Of a stretch of DNA of 63,772 nt, positions 50,524-59,505 are shown one piece after another (the stretch's first letter is position 1; every line of letters starts with the position of its first letter). The stretch comes from Pseudomonadota bacterium (GTDB taxonomy: Bacteria > Pseudomonadota > Alphaproteobacteria > Rhodobacterales > Rhodobacteraceae). The stretch is from assembly GCA_039179965.1 (NCBI GenBank), contig JBCDEC010000001.1:1-63772 (forward strand), given 5' to 3'. The notes below the pieces were generated by a model. That model worked only from the letters and a program-made list of their open reading frames with translations. It was not told the origin of the DNA and did not search any database. Made by a program: the position numbers and the translations under genes.

Positions 50524-51432
50524 GTGCCGGACCGTTACCTTGCCCCCTTGCAATATGTTGACGCCATCTCGCGGGCCGGATCGATCCGCAAGGCGGCGGA
50601 GACGCTGTCGATCACCTCAACAGCGCTCAACCGTCGGGTTCTGGCCCTTGAGGACGAGCTGGGCGTGACCATTTTCGAACGCTTGCCGCGCGGCGTTCGG
50701 CTGTCCACGGCCGGGGAATTGCTGATCGCGCATATCCGCACTCAGAAATCGGACTTCGAGAAACTCAAAAGCCAGATTGCCGATCTGTCCGGGCAGCGGC
50801 GCGGTCACGTGGGCATCGCCTGCAGCCAGGCGTTGTTGCCTTACTTTCTGCCGGAACAGATCGCGCGCTACCGGAGCCAGCATCCCGCCGTGACATTCGG
50901 GGTCAGCCTGCGCGACCGCGCCGCGGCGGAGACTGCGCTGATCCAGCATGAAGCCGATCTTGCCGTGGTGTTTGAACCGGTGCGCCTGCGCGAAATCCAG
51001 GTCTTGGTCTCGGTCAGACAGCCGCTCCATGCGGTGATGGCCGAAGACCATCCGCTTGCGGGGCGTGAGATGATCCGCCTGCGCGATTGCGCGGCTTTTC
51101 CCGTCGGTCTGCCAACGGCGCAATACGGCGTGCGGCATCTGATCGACATGGCTCTTTTGCGCTCTTCAGTTGACCTGAAGCCGGCCGTTGAATCCGACAG
51201 TTTCGAGTTTCTGCGCCGCTATCCCTATCACGAACGCCTGGTGTCTTTTCAGATCCCGGTCGGCTTGCCGTCTCGGGACCAGCGCGAGGGGATCGTTTCG
51301 CGCCAGGTCGACACGCGCGACGTGCCGGAGGGGCTGCTGTACCTCTGTCAGCTTCGCGGCCGCACCCTGCCGGTGGCGGCCGCCAAGTTTGCCGCGCAGG
51401 TCGAAGGGGCGCTGGAAGAGGTCTTTGCCTGA
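50524..51432 (+). CDS. LysR family regulator, divergent from the biuret/triuret operon
   Basis: GSIRKAAETLSITSTALNRRVLALEDELG..IFERLPRG..LSTAG. Confidence 0.93.
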   Translation: MPDRYLAPLQYVDAISRAGSIRKAAETLSITSTALNRRVLALEDELGVTIFERLPRGVRLSTAGELLIAHIRTQKSDFEKLKSQIADLSGQRRGHVGIACSQALLPYFLPEQIARYRSQHPAVTFGVSLRDRAAAETALIQHEADLAVVFEPVRLREIQVLVSVRQPLHAVMAEDHPLAGREMIRLRDCAAFPVGLPTAQYGVRHLIDMALLRSSVDLKPAVESDSFEFLRRYPYHERLVSFQIPVGLPSRDQREGIVSRQVDTRDVPEGLLYLCQLRGRTLPVAAAKFAAQVEGALEEVFA

Positions 51433-51443
51433 GCGGATGCGCC

Positions 51444-52502
51444 TCAGGCGCGTGTCCGGGCCGGAGCGGAGGAGCCGCGCAGGATCAGTTCCACCTCCAC
51501 CGGATTGTGAAGCGCCACGTCTTCGCCGTTGAGATTGCCCAGAATGTAGTCGGCAGCCAGATGCCCCATCTCTTCCGCTGGGACATCGATGGTGGTCAGC
51601 GGCGGGTTGGCGTGGGTCGAGAATTCTATGTTGTCAAAGCCCACCACGGACATGTCACCCGGCACGGCATAGCCGCGCGCCTGGCTTTCCGCCAAAGCGC
51701 CCAGAGCCAGAATGTCATTGGCGCAGATGATCGCGGAGGGCGGCGGCATATTGCGGGACAGCAAGAGCGCGCAGGCCTTGCGCCCGTCGTAGATCGAGTA
51801 GGCGCTTTCCGCAATCATCGCCTGCGGCAGGGAAATCCCATGGCGCGCCAGTTCGGTGCGAATGCCTTCCAGCCGTTCGGTGGTGCGGTCGTTGTCCCGG
51901 GTCAAACCGCTGATCACGCCGACGTGGCGATGCCCCAGATGCGCGACGTGCTGGGCCAGCTTGGCGGCCGCAATGGCGTTGTCGAACCCGACCGTCGGAT
52001 GGGTGCTCTTGGGATTTGAGACATAGGTGCACACGCATGGAACACCGAAGCGATCCAGCATGTCATGCAGCTTGGGCCGGTGATTGTTGCCGACCAGAAC
52101 CAGCGCCTCGGCGCCGCGTTCCAGCAGTTGCCGCGCCTCGTTGACCTCGGCGTCCAGATCGTAGTCATAGGTTGCGATCAGAGTGGAGGTGCCCGCCTTT
52201 GAGAAGGTCTCATTCGCGGCGCCCACCATCCGGGCGTAAAGCGCGTAGTCCAGCGTCGGGATCAGAACGCCCACCATATTCGAGCGTTGCGAGCGCAGGG
52301 CCCGGGCCGCGTGGTTGCGCACATATCCCAGCTCCAGCATTGCCGTCTCAACGCGATCGCGTTTGTCGGAAGACACTTTTTCGGGATTGTTCAGAACGCG
52401 CGACACGGTCGCGGGCGCCACGCCAGCCACACGCGCGACATCGGTCACACGCACGCGCGCCGCCGATTCGTGCAAACGATTTCTTGATTTCTCCTGTTCC
52501 AT
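51444..52502 (-). CDS. LacI family regulator
   Basis: DVARVAGVAPATVSRVLN, YVRNHAARAL, ICAND, SVVGFDN, PPLTTI (alternative GTG start 52511). Confidence 0.95.
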   Translation of the reverse strand: MEQEKSRNRLHESAARVRVTDVARVAGVAPATVSRVLNNPEKVSSDKRDRVETAMLELGYVRNHAARALRSQRSNMVGVLIPTLDYALYARMVGAANETFSKAGTSTLIATYDYDLDAEVNEARQLLERGAEALVLVGNNHRPKLHDMLDRFGVPCVCTYVSNPKSTHPTVGFDNAIAAAKLAQHVAHLGHRHVGVISGLTRDNDRTTERLEGIRTELARHGISLPQAMIAESAYSIYDGRKACALLLSRNMPPPSAIICANDILALGALAESQARGYAVPGDMSVVGFDNIEFSTHANPPLTTIDVPAEEMGHLAADYILGNLNGEDVALHNPVEVELILRGSSAPARTRA

Positions 52503-52565
52503 CCCGCTCACATTTCAATGTTTTTCTCAACATATCAGCGATTTTCCCGCTTGAACAGAAAACTG

Positions 52566-52602
52566 TTGACGGAATCGAAATGGCATTGTGAAATCGATTT
52601 CA
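52566..52602 (+). promoter_or_regulatory. Sigma70-like promoter overlapped by a LacI operator
   Basis: ttgacg-N17-tgaaat; perfect palindrome tgaaatcgatttca (52589-52602) fits TGNAANCGNTTNCA. Confidence 0.8.
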
Positions 52603-52653
52603 AAGCAATGCGCGTTTGGGCTCCCGCAAGAGGAGCTATGGGAGGAGCTTGCA

Positions 52654-53148
52654 TTGGACGCCAATAGGCATTCCGTCGTTCTAACGGCCCTACTCGCCGT
52701 GGCCAAAGCCTCGGTGGTCCTGATTTCGGTGGTGATGATCTGCGTCACCCTGGCTCAGGTGATCTTCAGATACGTTATCGCCGCGCCTTTGCCCTGGTCC
52801 GAGGAAATGGCGCGCTACTGCTTTGTCTGGATCGTCTTTCTGGGCGGCGCGATCGGGCTGGCACGCGGCATCCACCTTGGGGTCGACCTTCTGGTCAATT
52901 TGCTGCCAGAGCCTCTGCGGCGCGGGCTGGAGGTGTTGACCACCCTGCTCATCGGGGTTTTCGCCGTTGTGGTGATCAATGCCTCACTCCCGGTGCTGAA
53001 CATGAACATGTTCCAGCGCTCCCCGGCGCTGGGCGTGCAGATGACCTGGATCTATCTGGCGATCCCGATCTCGATGGGTCTGATTGCGCTGATCTGCCTG
53101 GAACGGATCTACCTCATCCTGTTCAAGACACCCGGGGCGGAAAGCTGA
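52654..53148 (+). CDS. TRAP transporter small permease (DctQ)
   Basis: QVIFRY, WSEEMARY, FLGGA, HLGVD, SPAL; TTG start after ggagga. Confidence 0.9.
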   Translation: MDANRHSVVLTALLAVAKASVVLISVVMICVTLAQVIFRYVIAAPLPWSEEMARYCFVWIVFLGGAIGLARGIHLGVDLLVNLLPEPLRRGLEVLTTLLIGVFAVVVINASLPVLNMNMFQRSPALGVQMTWIYLAIPISMGLIALICLERIYLILFKTPGAES

Positions 53149-54425
53149 TGCTGATCGTCCTTTTTCTCACCTTCTTCGTCCTGCTCCTGATCAATATGCC
53201 GATTGCCTTTGCGCTCGGCATCGCGGCGGCCACCACGCTTCTGGTCGACGATACGCTGCCGATCAACAGCATCGTCACGCGGGCCTTTGTCGGCGTGGAT
53301 TCCTTTACGCTGCTGGCCATTCCCTTCTTCATCATTGCCGGAGAGCTGATGAACGCCTGCGGGATAACCGAGCGCATCGTCGCCTTCGCCCGCTCACTTG
53401 TGGGCCACATCCGCGGTGGCCTCGCCCATGTTTCTATCGTTTCCAGCATGTTCTTTGCGGGCATCTCCGGATCGGCAACGGCCGACGCCTCCGCCCTGGG
53501 GTCAATGATCATCCCGGCCATGAAAAAGAACGGCTTCGATGCCGATTACGCCGTTGCGGTGAATGCGTCTTCCAGCGCCATCGGCCCGATCATCCCGCCA
53601 AGCATCATGATGGTCATCTACGGCTCGATTGCGAATGTCTCTATCGCGCAGCTCTTTCTGGGCGGCTTTGTTCCCGGCCTTGTCATGGGTCTCGGGCTCA
53701 TGGGCGTGGCCTATTACATTGCCAAGAAGCGCAGCTATCCTGCGCCGCCACGCAGTGAACTGCCGCCCGTCCTTGGGTCACTGAGGGAGGCGGCCTGGGC
53801 GCTTCTGATGCCCATCATCATTCTCGGCGGGATCTTCTCCGGCGTATTCACGGCAACCGAAGCCGGCGTTGTGGCGGTGGCCTATGCCGCGCTGGTCGGC
53901 ACGTTCGTCTACAAGACACTCAGCTTCAAACTGGTCGCCGAACTGCTGGTCAATGCCGCGGTGACCACCGCCGCCGCGCTGTTTCTGATCGCGATGGCCA
54001 CCTCCTTTGCCTGGCTGCTGGCCTGGGCGGGATTTGGCGCCGCTGTGCTGGAGGTGCTGGGCGGAATCTCCAGCAATCCGACCATCGCGCTTTTGCTGAT
54101 CGTGCTGTTCATCCTGATCCTTGGGCTGTTCATCGAGGGCATTCCGATCCTGATCATTTTCACGCCCGTCCTGTTGCCGGTCATTCTGGGTCTGGACATC
54201 GATCCCGTGTTCTTTGGTGTGATCATGGTGATGTCCGTGGTGATCGGGTCGGTGACGCCGCCCGTCGGCATCCTGACCTACATCTCCTGCTCCATCGGCG
54301 GGATCACGATCTCTCAGGCGATGCGCGGGCTGCTGCCCTTCTGCGCCGTGCTGATCGTCGTCCTTCTGATCTGCACCGTATTCCCCGCCGTCATCATGAC
54401 GGTGCCGACACTGCTCGGCAATTGA
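53148..54425 (+). CDS. TRAP transporter large permease (DctM)
   Basis: LLAIPFFI, GGLAHV, SGSATAD, IIPPSI, FTATEA, TPPVG. Confidence 0.95.
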   Translation: MLIVLFLTFFVLLLINMPIAFALGIAAATTLLVDDTLPINSIVTRAFVGVDSFTLLAIPFFIIAGELMNACGITERIVAFARSLVGHIRGGLAHVSIVSSMFFAGISGSATADASALGSMIIPAMKKNGFDADYAVAVNASSSAIGPIIPPSIMMVIYGSIANVSIAQLFLGGFVPGLVMGLGLMGVAYYIAKKRSYPAPPRSELPPVLGSLREAAWALLMPIIILGGIFSGVFTATEAGVVAVAYAALVGTFVYKTLSFKLVAELLVNAAVTTAAALFLIAMATSFAWLLAWAGFGAAVLEVLGGISSNPTIALLLIVLFILILGLFIEGIPILIIFTPVLLPVILGLDIDPVFFGVIMVMSVVIGSVTPPVGILTYISCSIGGITISQAMRGLLPFCAVLIVVLLICTVFPAVIMTVPTLLGN

Positions 54426-54453
54426 ACCTGGACTTTAAAAGAGGATAGCCGTT

Positions 54454-55611
54454 TTGGACATTTCAACGGACGAGCTCAAACAACGAACGGAAAACCTCCG
54501 CAACCGGATGAAGACCGAGGGCTATGATGCGCTCATCATCTATTCCGATGAGTATCGCTCGGGCCATTCCACCTACGTCACCAACTACAAGCCGATCAAT
54601 GTGATCGAGGAATCGCCCCAGCTTGTGCTGATCGTCGGCGACGCGGCGCCGGTGGTGTTTCTGGGACGCCTCAATGCCTATGCCGCAAAGGACATGTGCT
54701 GGATCGAGGATGTGCGCGGCATTCACCGCCCCTATTCGGATTTCCCGCAGGTCTTTGCGCCGATTGTCGGACGGGCCAGCAAGATCGCTTTGATCGGCAA
54801 GAACATCCTCCCCTTCGAGATCTACGAGCAATTGGTCGATGCCGTGCCGGAGGCCGTGATCGAAAACCGCGACGACATCATGCTCAATTTCCGCAAGATC
54901 AAGTCCGCGGCGGAAATCGATTTGATGGAGAAGGCGGCAGAGATCAACGATGCCGTCCTCAAAGAGGCCGCCAAGGCGGTGAAGGTGGGCATGACCGAAA
55001 TCCAGGTCGCGGGGCTTGCCGAAAACATTGCACGGCAGATGAACGCGGATATCGGTTCAGCCACCGTGGTGATGTCGGGGCCCAACACGAATTACCCGGC
55101 CTGGCGCGCCACGGACCGCAAGGTGCAACCGGGCGAGTTTGTCATGCTCGATTTCAACCCGGCCGTTGGGCATTATTGCAATGACGGCGGCATCACGATC
55201 CTGATGCCCGGCGCCGACCCCGAGCAGGAACGCGCGCTGATCGTCGGCCATCAGGCGCTGAAAACCGTGATCCCCACGATCAAGCCCGGGATCACCGCGC
55301 GGTCGATTTTCGACACCTTGCTCAAGGAGCTCGAACCGCACGGGTTTGCTGACAATTTCACGCCCTATGCCAAGGGCTTGCGCGGTGTTGGCCATGCCGT
55401 CGGGATCGATGTGGTGGAGCCGCCAAACCTGAGTTCGGACAGCGATTTTGAACTCGAATCGGGCATGACGCTCGCCGTGAAGCTCGATCTTCATGATCTG
55501 CCGGGCGGTGGGTACCGCATCGAAGTGGTTGTGGCCGTCACCGACGACGGCGTGCGGCCGCTCAACAAACTTGTCCTGGCGGAACCAGACGACTTTGCAG
55601 TGCAACGCTGA
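54454..55611 (+). CDS. M24 (pita-bread fold) peptidase-like hydrolase, atypical active site
   Basis: IKSAAEI, GMTE, D-x10-D, GHAVG, GMTLAVK (K at the Glu ligand position), YRIE. Confidence 0.82.
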   Translation: MDISTDELKQRTENLRNRMKTEGYDALIIYSDEYRSGHSTYVTNYKPINVIEESPQLVLIVGDAAPVVFLGRLNAYAAKDMCWIEDVRGIHRPYSDFPQVFAPIVGRASKIALIGKNILPFEIYEQLVDAVPEAVIENRDDIMLNFRKIKSAAEIDLMEKAAEINDAVLKEAAKAVKVGMTEIQVAGLAENIARQMNADIGSATVVMSGPNTNYPAWRATDRKVQPGEFVMLDFNPAVGHYCNDGGITILMPGADPEQERALIVGHQALKTVIPTIKPGITARSIFDTLLKELEPHGFADNFTPYAKGLRGVGHAVGIDVVEPPNLSSDSDFELESGMTLAVKLDLHDLPGGGYRIEVVVAVTDDGVRPLNKLVLAEPDDFAVQR

Positions 55612-55688
55612 GCGTCCCGCCAGGAGAACGAAGACCGGCTCTGCGCCGGAGATTTACCAAAAAAGACCATGATGGGAGGAACATCACG

Positions 55689-56675
55689 ATGAAAAGAAGA
55701 TCCATTCTGAAAGGGCTCGGCGGCGCCGCCGTTCTGTCGCTAGGCGCACTGGCCACGCCGGTTCTGGCGAAAGACACAACGATCCGCGTGGCCTCGGTCA
55801 CCGGGCCCGCACATCACCACAATGTTTCGCTGCGCTGGTTTGCCGATCAGGTGGCCGCGCGGGACGTGGGGCTCAACATCGAGGTGCTCGACGGCGCGCA
55901 ACTGGGCGGCGAGCGGGATTACATCGAAGGCATGATGCTGGGCAGCATCCAAATGGCCCAGGTTTCGACCGCGCCGGTGAGCGGATTCATCCCCGAATTC
56001 GATCTTTTCAGCCTGCCCTATCTGATCCGCGACACCGATCACTTCAAAGCTGTCGTGGCCGGCCCCGTGGGGACGCAATACAGCGACCTCGCCGAGCAGC
56101 GCGGCATGAAGATCATCGCGTGGTTCGACAATGGCTATCGCAATGTCTTCAACAAGGTGCGCCCGGTGGTGACGCCCGAGGATATGGATGGTCTGAAGAT
56201 CCGCGTCATGGAAAGCCCGCTGATGGTGAACACCGTGAATGCCATGGGCGGGTCTGCCACGCCGATGTCTTACAGCGAGCTCTACACAGCCCTCGAACAG
56301 GGTGTGCTGGACGGCGGTGAAAACGCCTCGGGCAACGTGCTGAACGACCGCTTCTACGAGGTCAGCGACTACCTTTCGATGACCCAGCACTTCCGCCCGC
56401 CGGGCGTTGTGGCGGTGAGCATGAGCACCTGGAACGGGCTGACGGAAGAGCAGCAGCAGGTGCTGGTCGAAGAAGGCATGAAGCTGCAGGACTACGAGAT
56501 CGCCCTGACCGCCAACGTCGGCATGGCGGCCATCGAAGAGCTCAAGAGCAAGGGCATGCAGGTGAACGAAGCTGATGTGGACGCCTTCCGTGCGCGGATG
56601 GATCCGGTCTATGAGGACTTCAAAGCCAAGCATGGCGCCGATCTGCTGGAGGCCGTGCAGAACACCGGCTCCTGA
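55689..56675 (+). CDS. TRAP substrate-binding protein (DctP), Tat-like signal
   Basis: KRRSILK; QLGGERD, LPYL, NGYRN, GLKIRV (carboxylate-binding Arg), LEQGVLDGGEN. Confidence 0.95.
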   Translation: MKRRSILKGLGGAAVLSLGALATPVLAKDTTIRVASVTGPAHHHNVSLRWFADQVAARDVGLNIEVLDGAQLGGERDYIEGMMLGSIQMAQVSTAPVSGFIPEFDLFSLPYLIRDTDHFKAVVAGPVGTQYSDLAEQRGMKIIAWFDNGYRNVFNKVRPVVTPEDMDGLKIRVMESPLMVNTVNAMGGSATPMSYSELYTALEQGVLDGGENASGNVLNDRFYEVSDYLSMTQHFRPPGVVAVSMSTWNGLTEEQQQVLVEEGMKLQDYEIALTANVGMAAIEELKSKGMQVNEADVDAFRARMDPVYEDFKAKHGADLLEAVQNTGS

Positions 56676-56690
56676 CGACCCACGACCCAT

Positions 56691-56719
56691 GATCCAGGCG
56701 GCTCCGATCCGCCTGGATC
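56691..56719 (+). other. Perfect 11-bp stem-loop downstream of dctP
   Basis: gatccaggcgg-ctccgat-ccgcctggatc; no U-tract. Confidence 0.7.
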
Positions 56720-56864
56720 CCGCGCATCCTCCGCCGCTCGACCAGATCGTTTCAGTCCTGTACACCCGGGCACGAGGCACGATCTGACAGCGGTGGCGCG
56801 ATGATGCATCCGGATGGTCGCTGCTTTGGCGATTGATCCAGCCCGAGGCTCCAGAACCCCACAG

Positions 56865-58388
56865 ATGACAGGACCACCGCGCCTCATCCAGATAGATCCG
56901 TGCGATACGGTTGGCGTGGTGGCCAATGACGGCGGCCTGCCGGCCGGAACCGCCGTGAACGGGCTCACCCTGATCGAAGAGGTGCCGCAAGCGCACAAAG
57001 TTGCGCTGAAAGACATGCGGGCCAGTGATCCGGTGTATCGCTACGGGGCCATCATAGGTCGGACCCGTCGCGCGATCCCGGCAGGAAGCTGGGTCCGCAA
57101 TGCCGATCTGAGCATGCCGGCGCCGCCAAACCTGTCAGACATGCGCCCGCCAGATGCGCCGCCACCGCCCCTGCCGCCGCTGCAGGGCTATCATTTCCAA
57201 GGCTATCGCAATCGTGACGGCACGGTTGGCACGCGCAACATACTGGCGATCACGAACACGGTGCAGTGCGTGTCCGGCGTGGTTGGCCATGCGGTGGATC
57301 GTATCCGGCGCGAGATCCTGCCCGCGTTCCCCAATGTTGATGATGTCGTGGCGCTCGACCACAGCTATGGCTGCGGTGTGGCCATCGAGGCATCGGGCGC
57401 CGAAGTGCCCATTCGCACGCTCAGGAACATCGCCCGCAACCCCAACCTTGCCGGCGCCACACTGGCGGTCAGCCTTGGGTGCGAGAAGTTGCAGCCATCG
57501 CGGCTTTTTCCGGAAGAGATGGGCGGCCCACCCAGCCTGGTGACGCTTCAAGACGAAAGCCATACCGGGTTCGAAGCGATGATCACCGCCATTCTGGAAA
57601 CCGCCCGACACCATCTCGCCGCGCTCGATACGCGGCGCCGGGAAACTTGTCCGGCCGCGGATCTGGTGGTGGGCCTGCAATGTGGCGGCAGTGACGCCTT
57701 GTCCGGGATCACCGCCAATCCGGTGCTCGGCGTCGCGGCGGACAGGATCGTGGCTGCGGGTGGCACCGTGCTGTTTTCCGAAATCACCGAAGTCCGCGAC
57801 GGCGTCGATCAATTGGTGGCCCGGGCGGCCTCGGCGGAGGTGGCCGACGCCCTGATCCACGAAATGGGCTGGTATGACGCCTATCTCGCGGCCGGCGGGG
57901 CGGACCGCAGCGCCAATACCACGCCCGGCAACAAGGCGGGCGGGCTCTCAAACATCGTCGAAAAGGCGATGGGCTCGATCATCAAATCCGGCCGGTCGCC
58001 GATCGCCGGGGTTGTGCCACCCGGGGCGCGCGCGGCGCAGAACGGCCTGCTCTTCAATGCCACGCCAGCGTCCGACTTCATCTGCGGCACGCTGCAAATG
58101 GCGGCCGGGATGAACGTGCATGTCTTTTCCACCGGGCGCGGCACGCCTTACGGGCTGGCCGAAGTGCCGGTGATCAAGGTGGCTTCCCGCACCGATCTGG
58201 CGCGGCGCTGGCACGATCTCATCGATCTGGACGCGGGTCGGGTGATTTCGGCCGAGGTCTCTGTCGAACAGATGGGGCAGACCCTGTTCGAGCAGATCCT
58301 CGCCACCGCCAGCGGCGCGCCCACAGCCGCCGAGCGGCTTGGCCTGACCAACCAACTGGCTCTGTTTAATCCCGGACCGGTGACATAG
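56865..58388 (+). CDS. garD: Galactarate dehydratase-like (UxaA family)
   Basis: SAF domain HKVAL, GYRN.DGTVGTRN, VQCV, HSYGCGVAI, SLGCEK, QCGGSD, SEITEV, NTTPGNKAGGL, TGRGTP, LFNPGPVT. Confidence 0.85.
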   Translation: MTGPPRLIQIDPCDTVGVVANDGGLPAGTAVNGLTLIEEVPQAHKVALKDMRASDPVYRYGAIIGRTRRAIPAGSWVRNADLSMPAPPNLSDMRPPDAPPPPLPPLQGYHFQGYRNRDGTVGTRNILAITNTVQCVSGVVGHAVDRIRREILPAFPNVDDVVALDHSYGCGVAIEASGAEVPIRTLRNIARNPNLAGATLAVSLGCEKLQPSRLFPEEMGGPPSLVTLQDESHTGFEAMITAILETARHHLAALDTRRRETCPAADLVVGLQCGGSDALSGITANPVLGVAADRIVAAGGTVLFSEITEVRDGVDQLVARAASAEVADALIHEMGWYDAYLAAGGADRSANTTPGNKAGGLSNIVEKAMGSIIKSGRSPIAGVVPPGARAAQNGLLFNATPASDFICGTLQMAAGMNVHVFSTGRGTPYGLAEVPVIKVASRTDLARRWHDLIDLDAGRVISAEVSVEQMGQTLFEQILATASGAPTAAERLGLTNQLALFNPGPVT

Positions 58389-58428
58389 GATCAGCCGGGA
58401 CACACACCCGCTATCGCTGAGAGAGGCC

Positions 58429-59409
58429 ATGACAGACACCCGCGCCGCAGAGGATTGGACACCGTCGCAACGCTATCCGGACCCGTCCGTGATCCCGCTG
58501 GATCCCCGTTTCGACGCGCTCAAACTGCCGCTCGCGGGCGTTGAGCGTCTGGCAACCGGATGTCGATGGTCGGAAGGGCCGGTCTGGTTTGGCGACGGGC
58601 GGTATCTGCTGTGGAGTGACATTCCCAACAACAGAATCATGCGTTGGGATGAGACCACCGGACAGGCGGCGCCGTTCCGCGAACCGTCCAACTTTGCCAA
58701 TGGCCAGACCCGCGATCTGCAGGGCCGGCTGATCACCTGCGAACATGGCGGGCGGCGCATCACGCGGACAGAATACGATGGCGCCCTGACCGTTCTGATC
58801 GACAGTTTCGAGGGCAGGCCGCTGAATTCGCCCAATGATGTGGTCGTCAAATCCGACGGCACGATCTGGTTCACGGACCCGCCCTTTGGCATTCTGGGCA
58901 ACTACGAAGGCCACAAGTCCGAACCGGAGCAGGGTCAGAACGTCTATCGGCTGGACCCGGACACCGGACGGGCCGACATCGTGGCGGGCGACATTCTGGG
59001 GCCCAACGGGCTGGCATTCTCACCTGATGAAAGCCTGCTTTACATCGTCGAATGCCGCAGCCTGCCGAACCGCAAGATACTGGCCTATGACGTGGCGCAG
59101 GATGGCGCGTCGATCAGGAACAAACGGGTTCTGATCGATGCCGGGCCGGGCACGCCCGATGGATTTCGGGTGGACGTGCAGGGCAATCTCTGGTGCGGCT
59201 GGGGCATGGGTGATCCGGAGCTGGACGGGGTGATGGTCTTTGCGCCGGATGGCACGGCGATTGGCCGCATCGCGCTGCCCGAACGCTGCGCGAATCTGTG
59301 CTTTGGCGGGCGCGCCAACAGCCGGCTCTTTATGGCCGCGAGCCATTCGGTCTACGCGCTTTACGTCAATGTCGCAGGCATGGGCTACGGCGCGGTGCAA
59401 CGCGGCTAG
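58429..59409 (+). CDS. SMP-30/gluconolactonase family lactonase
   Basis: WSEGPVW, WSDIPNN, LNSPND, PNGLAFSPDE, PDGFRVD, NLCFGG. Confidence 0.92.
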   Translation: MTDTRAAEDWTPSQRYPDPSVIPLDPRFDALKLPLAGVERLATGCRWSEGPVWFGDGRYLLWSDIPNNRIMRWDETTGQAAPFREPSNFANGQTRDLQGRLITCEHGGRRITRTEYDGALTVLIDSFEGRPLNSPNDVVVKSDGTIWFTDPPFGILGNYEGHKSEPEQGQNVYRLDPDTGRADIVAGDILGPNGLAFSPDESLLYIVECRSLPNRKILAYDVAQDGASIRNKRVLIDAGPGTPDGFRVDVQGNLWCGWGMGDPELDGVMVFAPDGTAIGRIALPERCANLCFGGRANSRLFMAASHSVYALYVNVAGMGYGAVQRG

Positions 59410-59454
59410 ACCTGCGCCTCCCTGCAGTCCGGACAGCACCTGAATTCTTGCGTT

Positions 59455-59492
59455 TTGACAAAAATACATTCATATTCGCATAAGAGAATTTA
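59455..59492 (+). promoter_or_regulatory. AT-rich promoter region of the soxG/H-like genes
   Basis: Perfect ttgaca at 59455 and imperfect dyad attc...gaat upstream of the ggagg SD. Confidence 0.45.
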
Positions 59493-59505
59493 ATGGGAGG
59501 AAGGC

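Noticed and set aside
40180-59500. attL/attR direct repeat of the tRNA-Pro 3' end
   Set aside because: No second copy noticed by eye; needs a computational search before claiming an integrative element.
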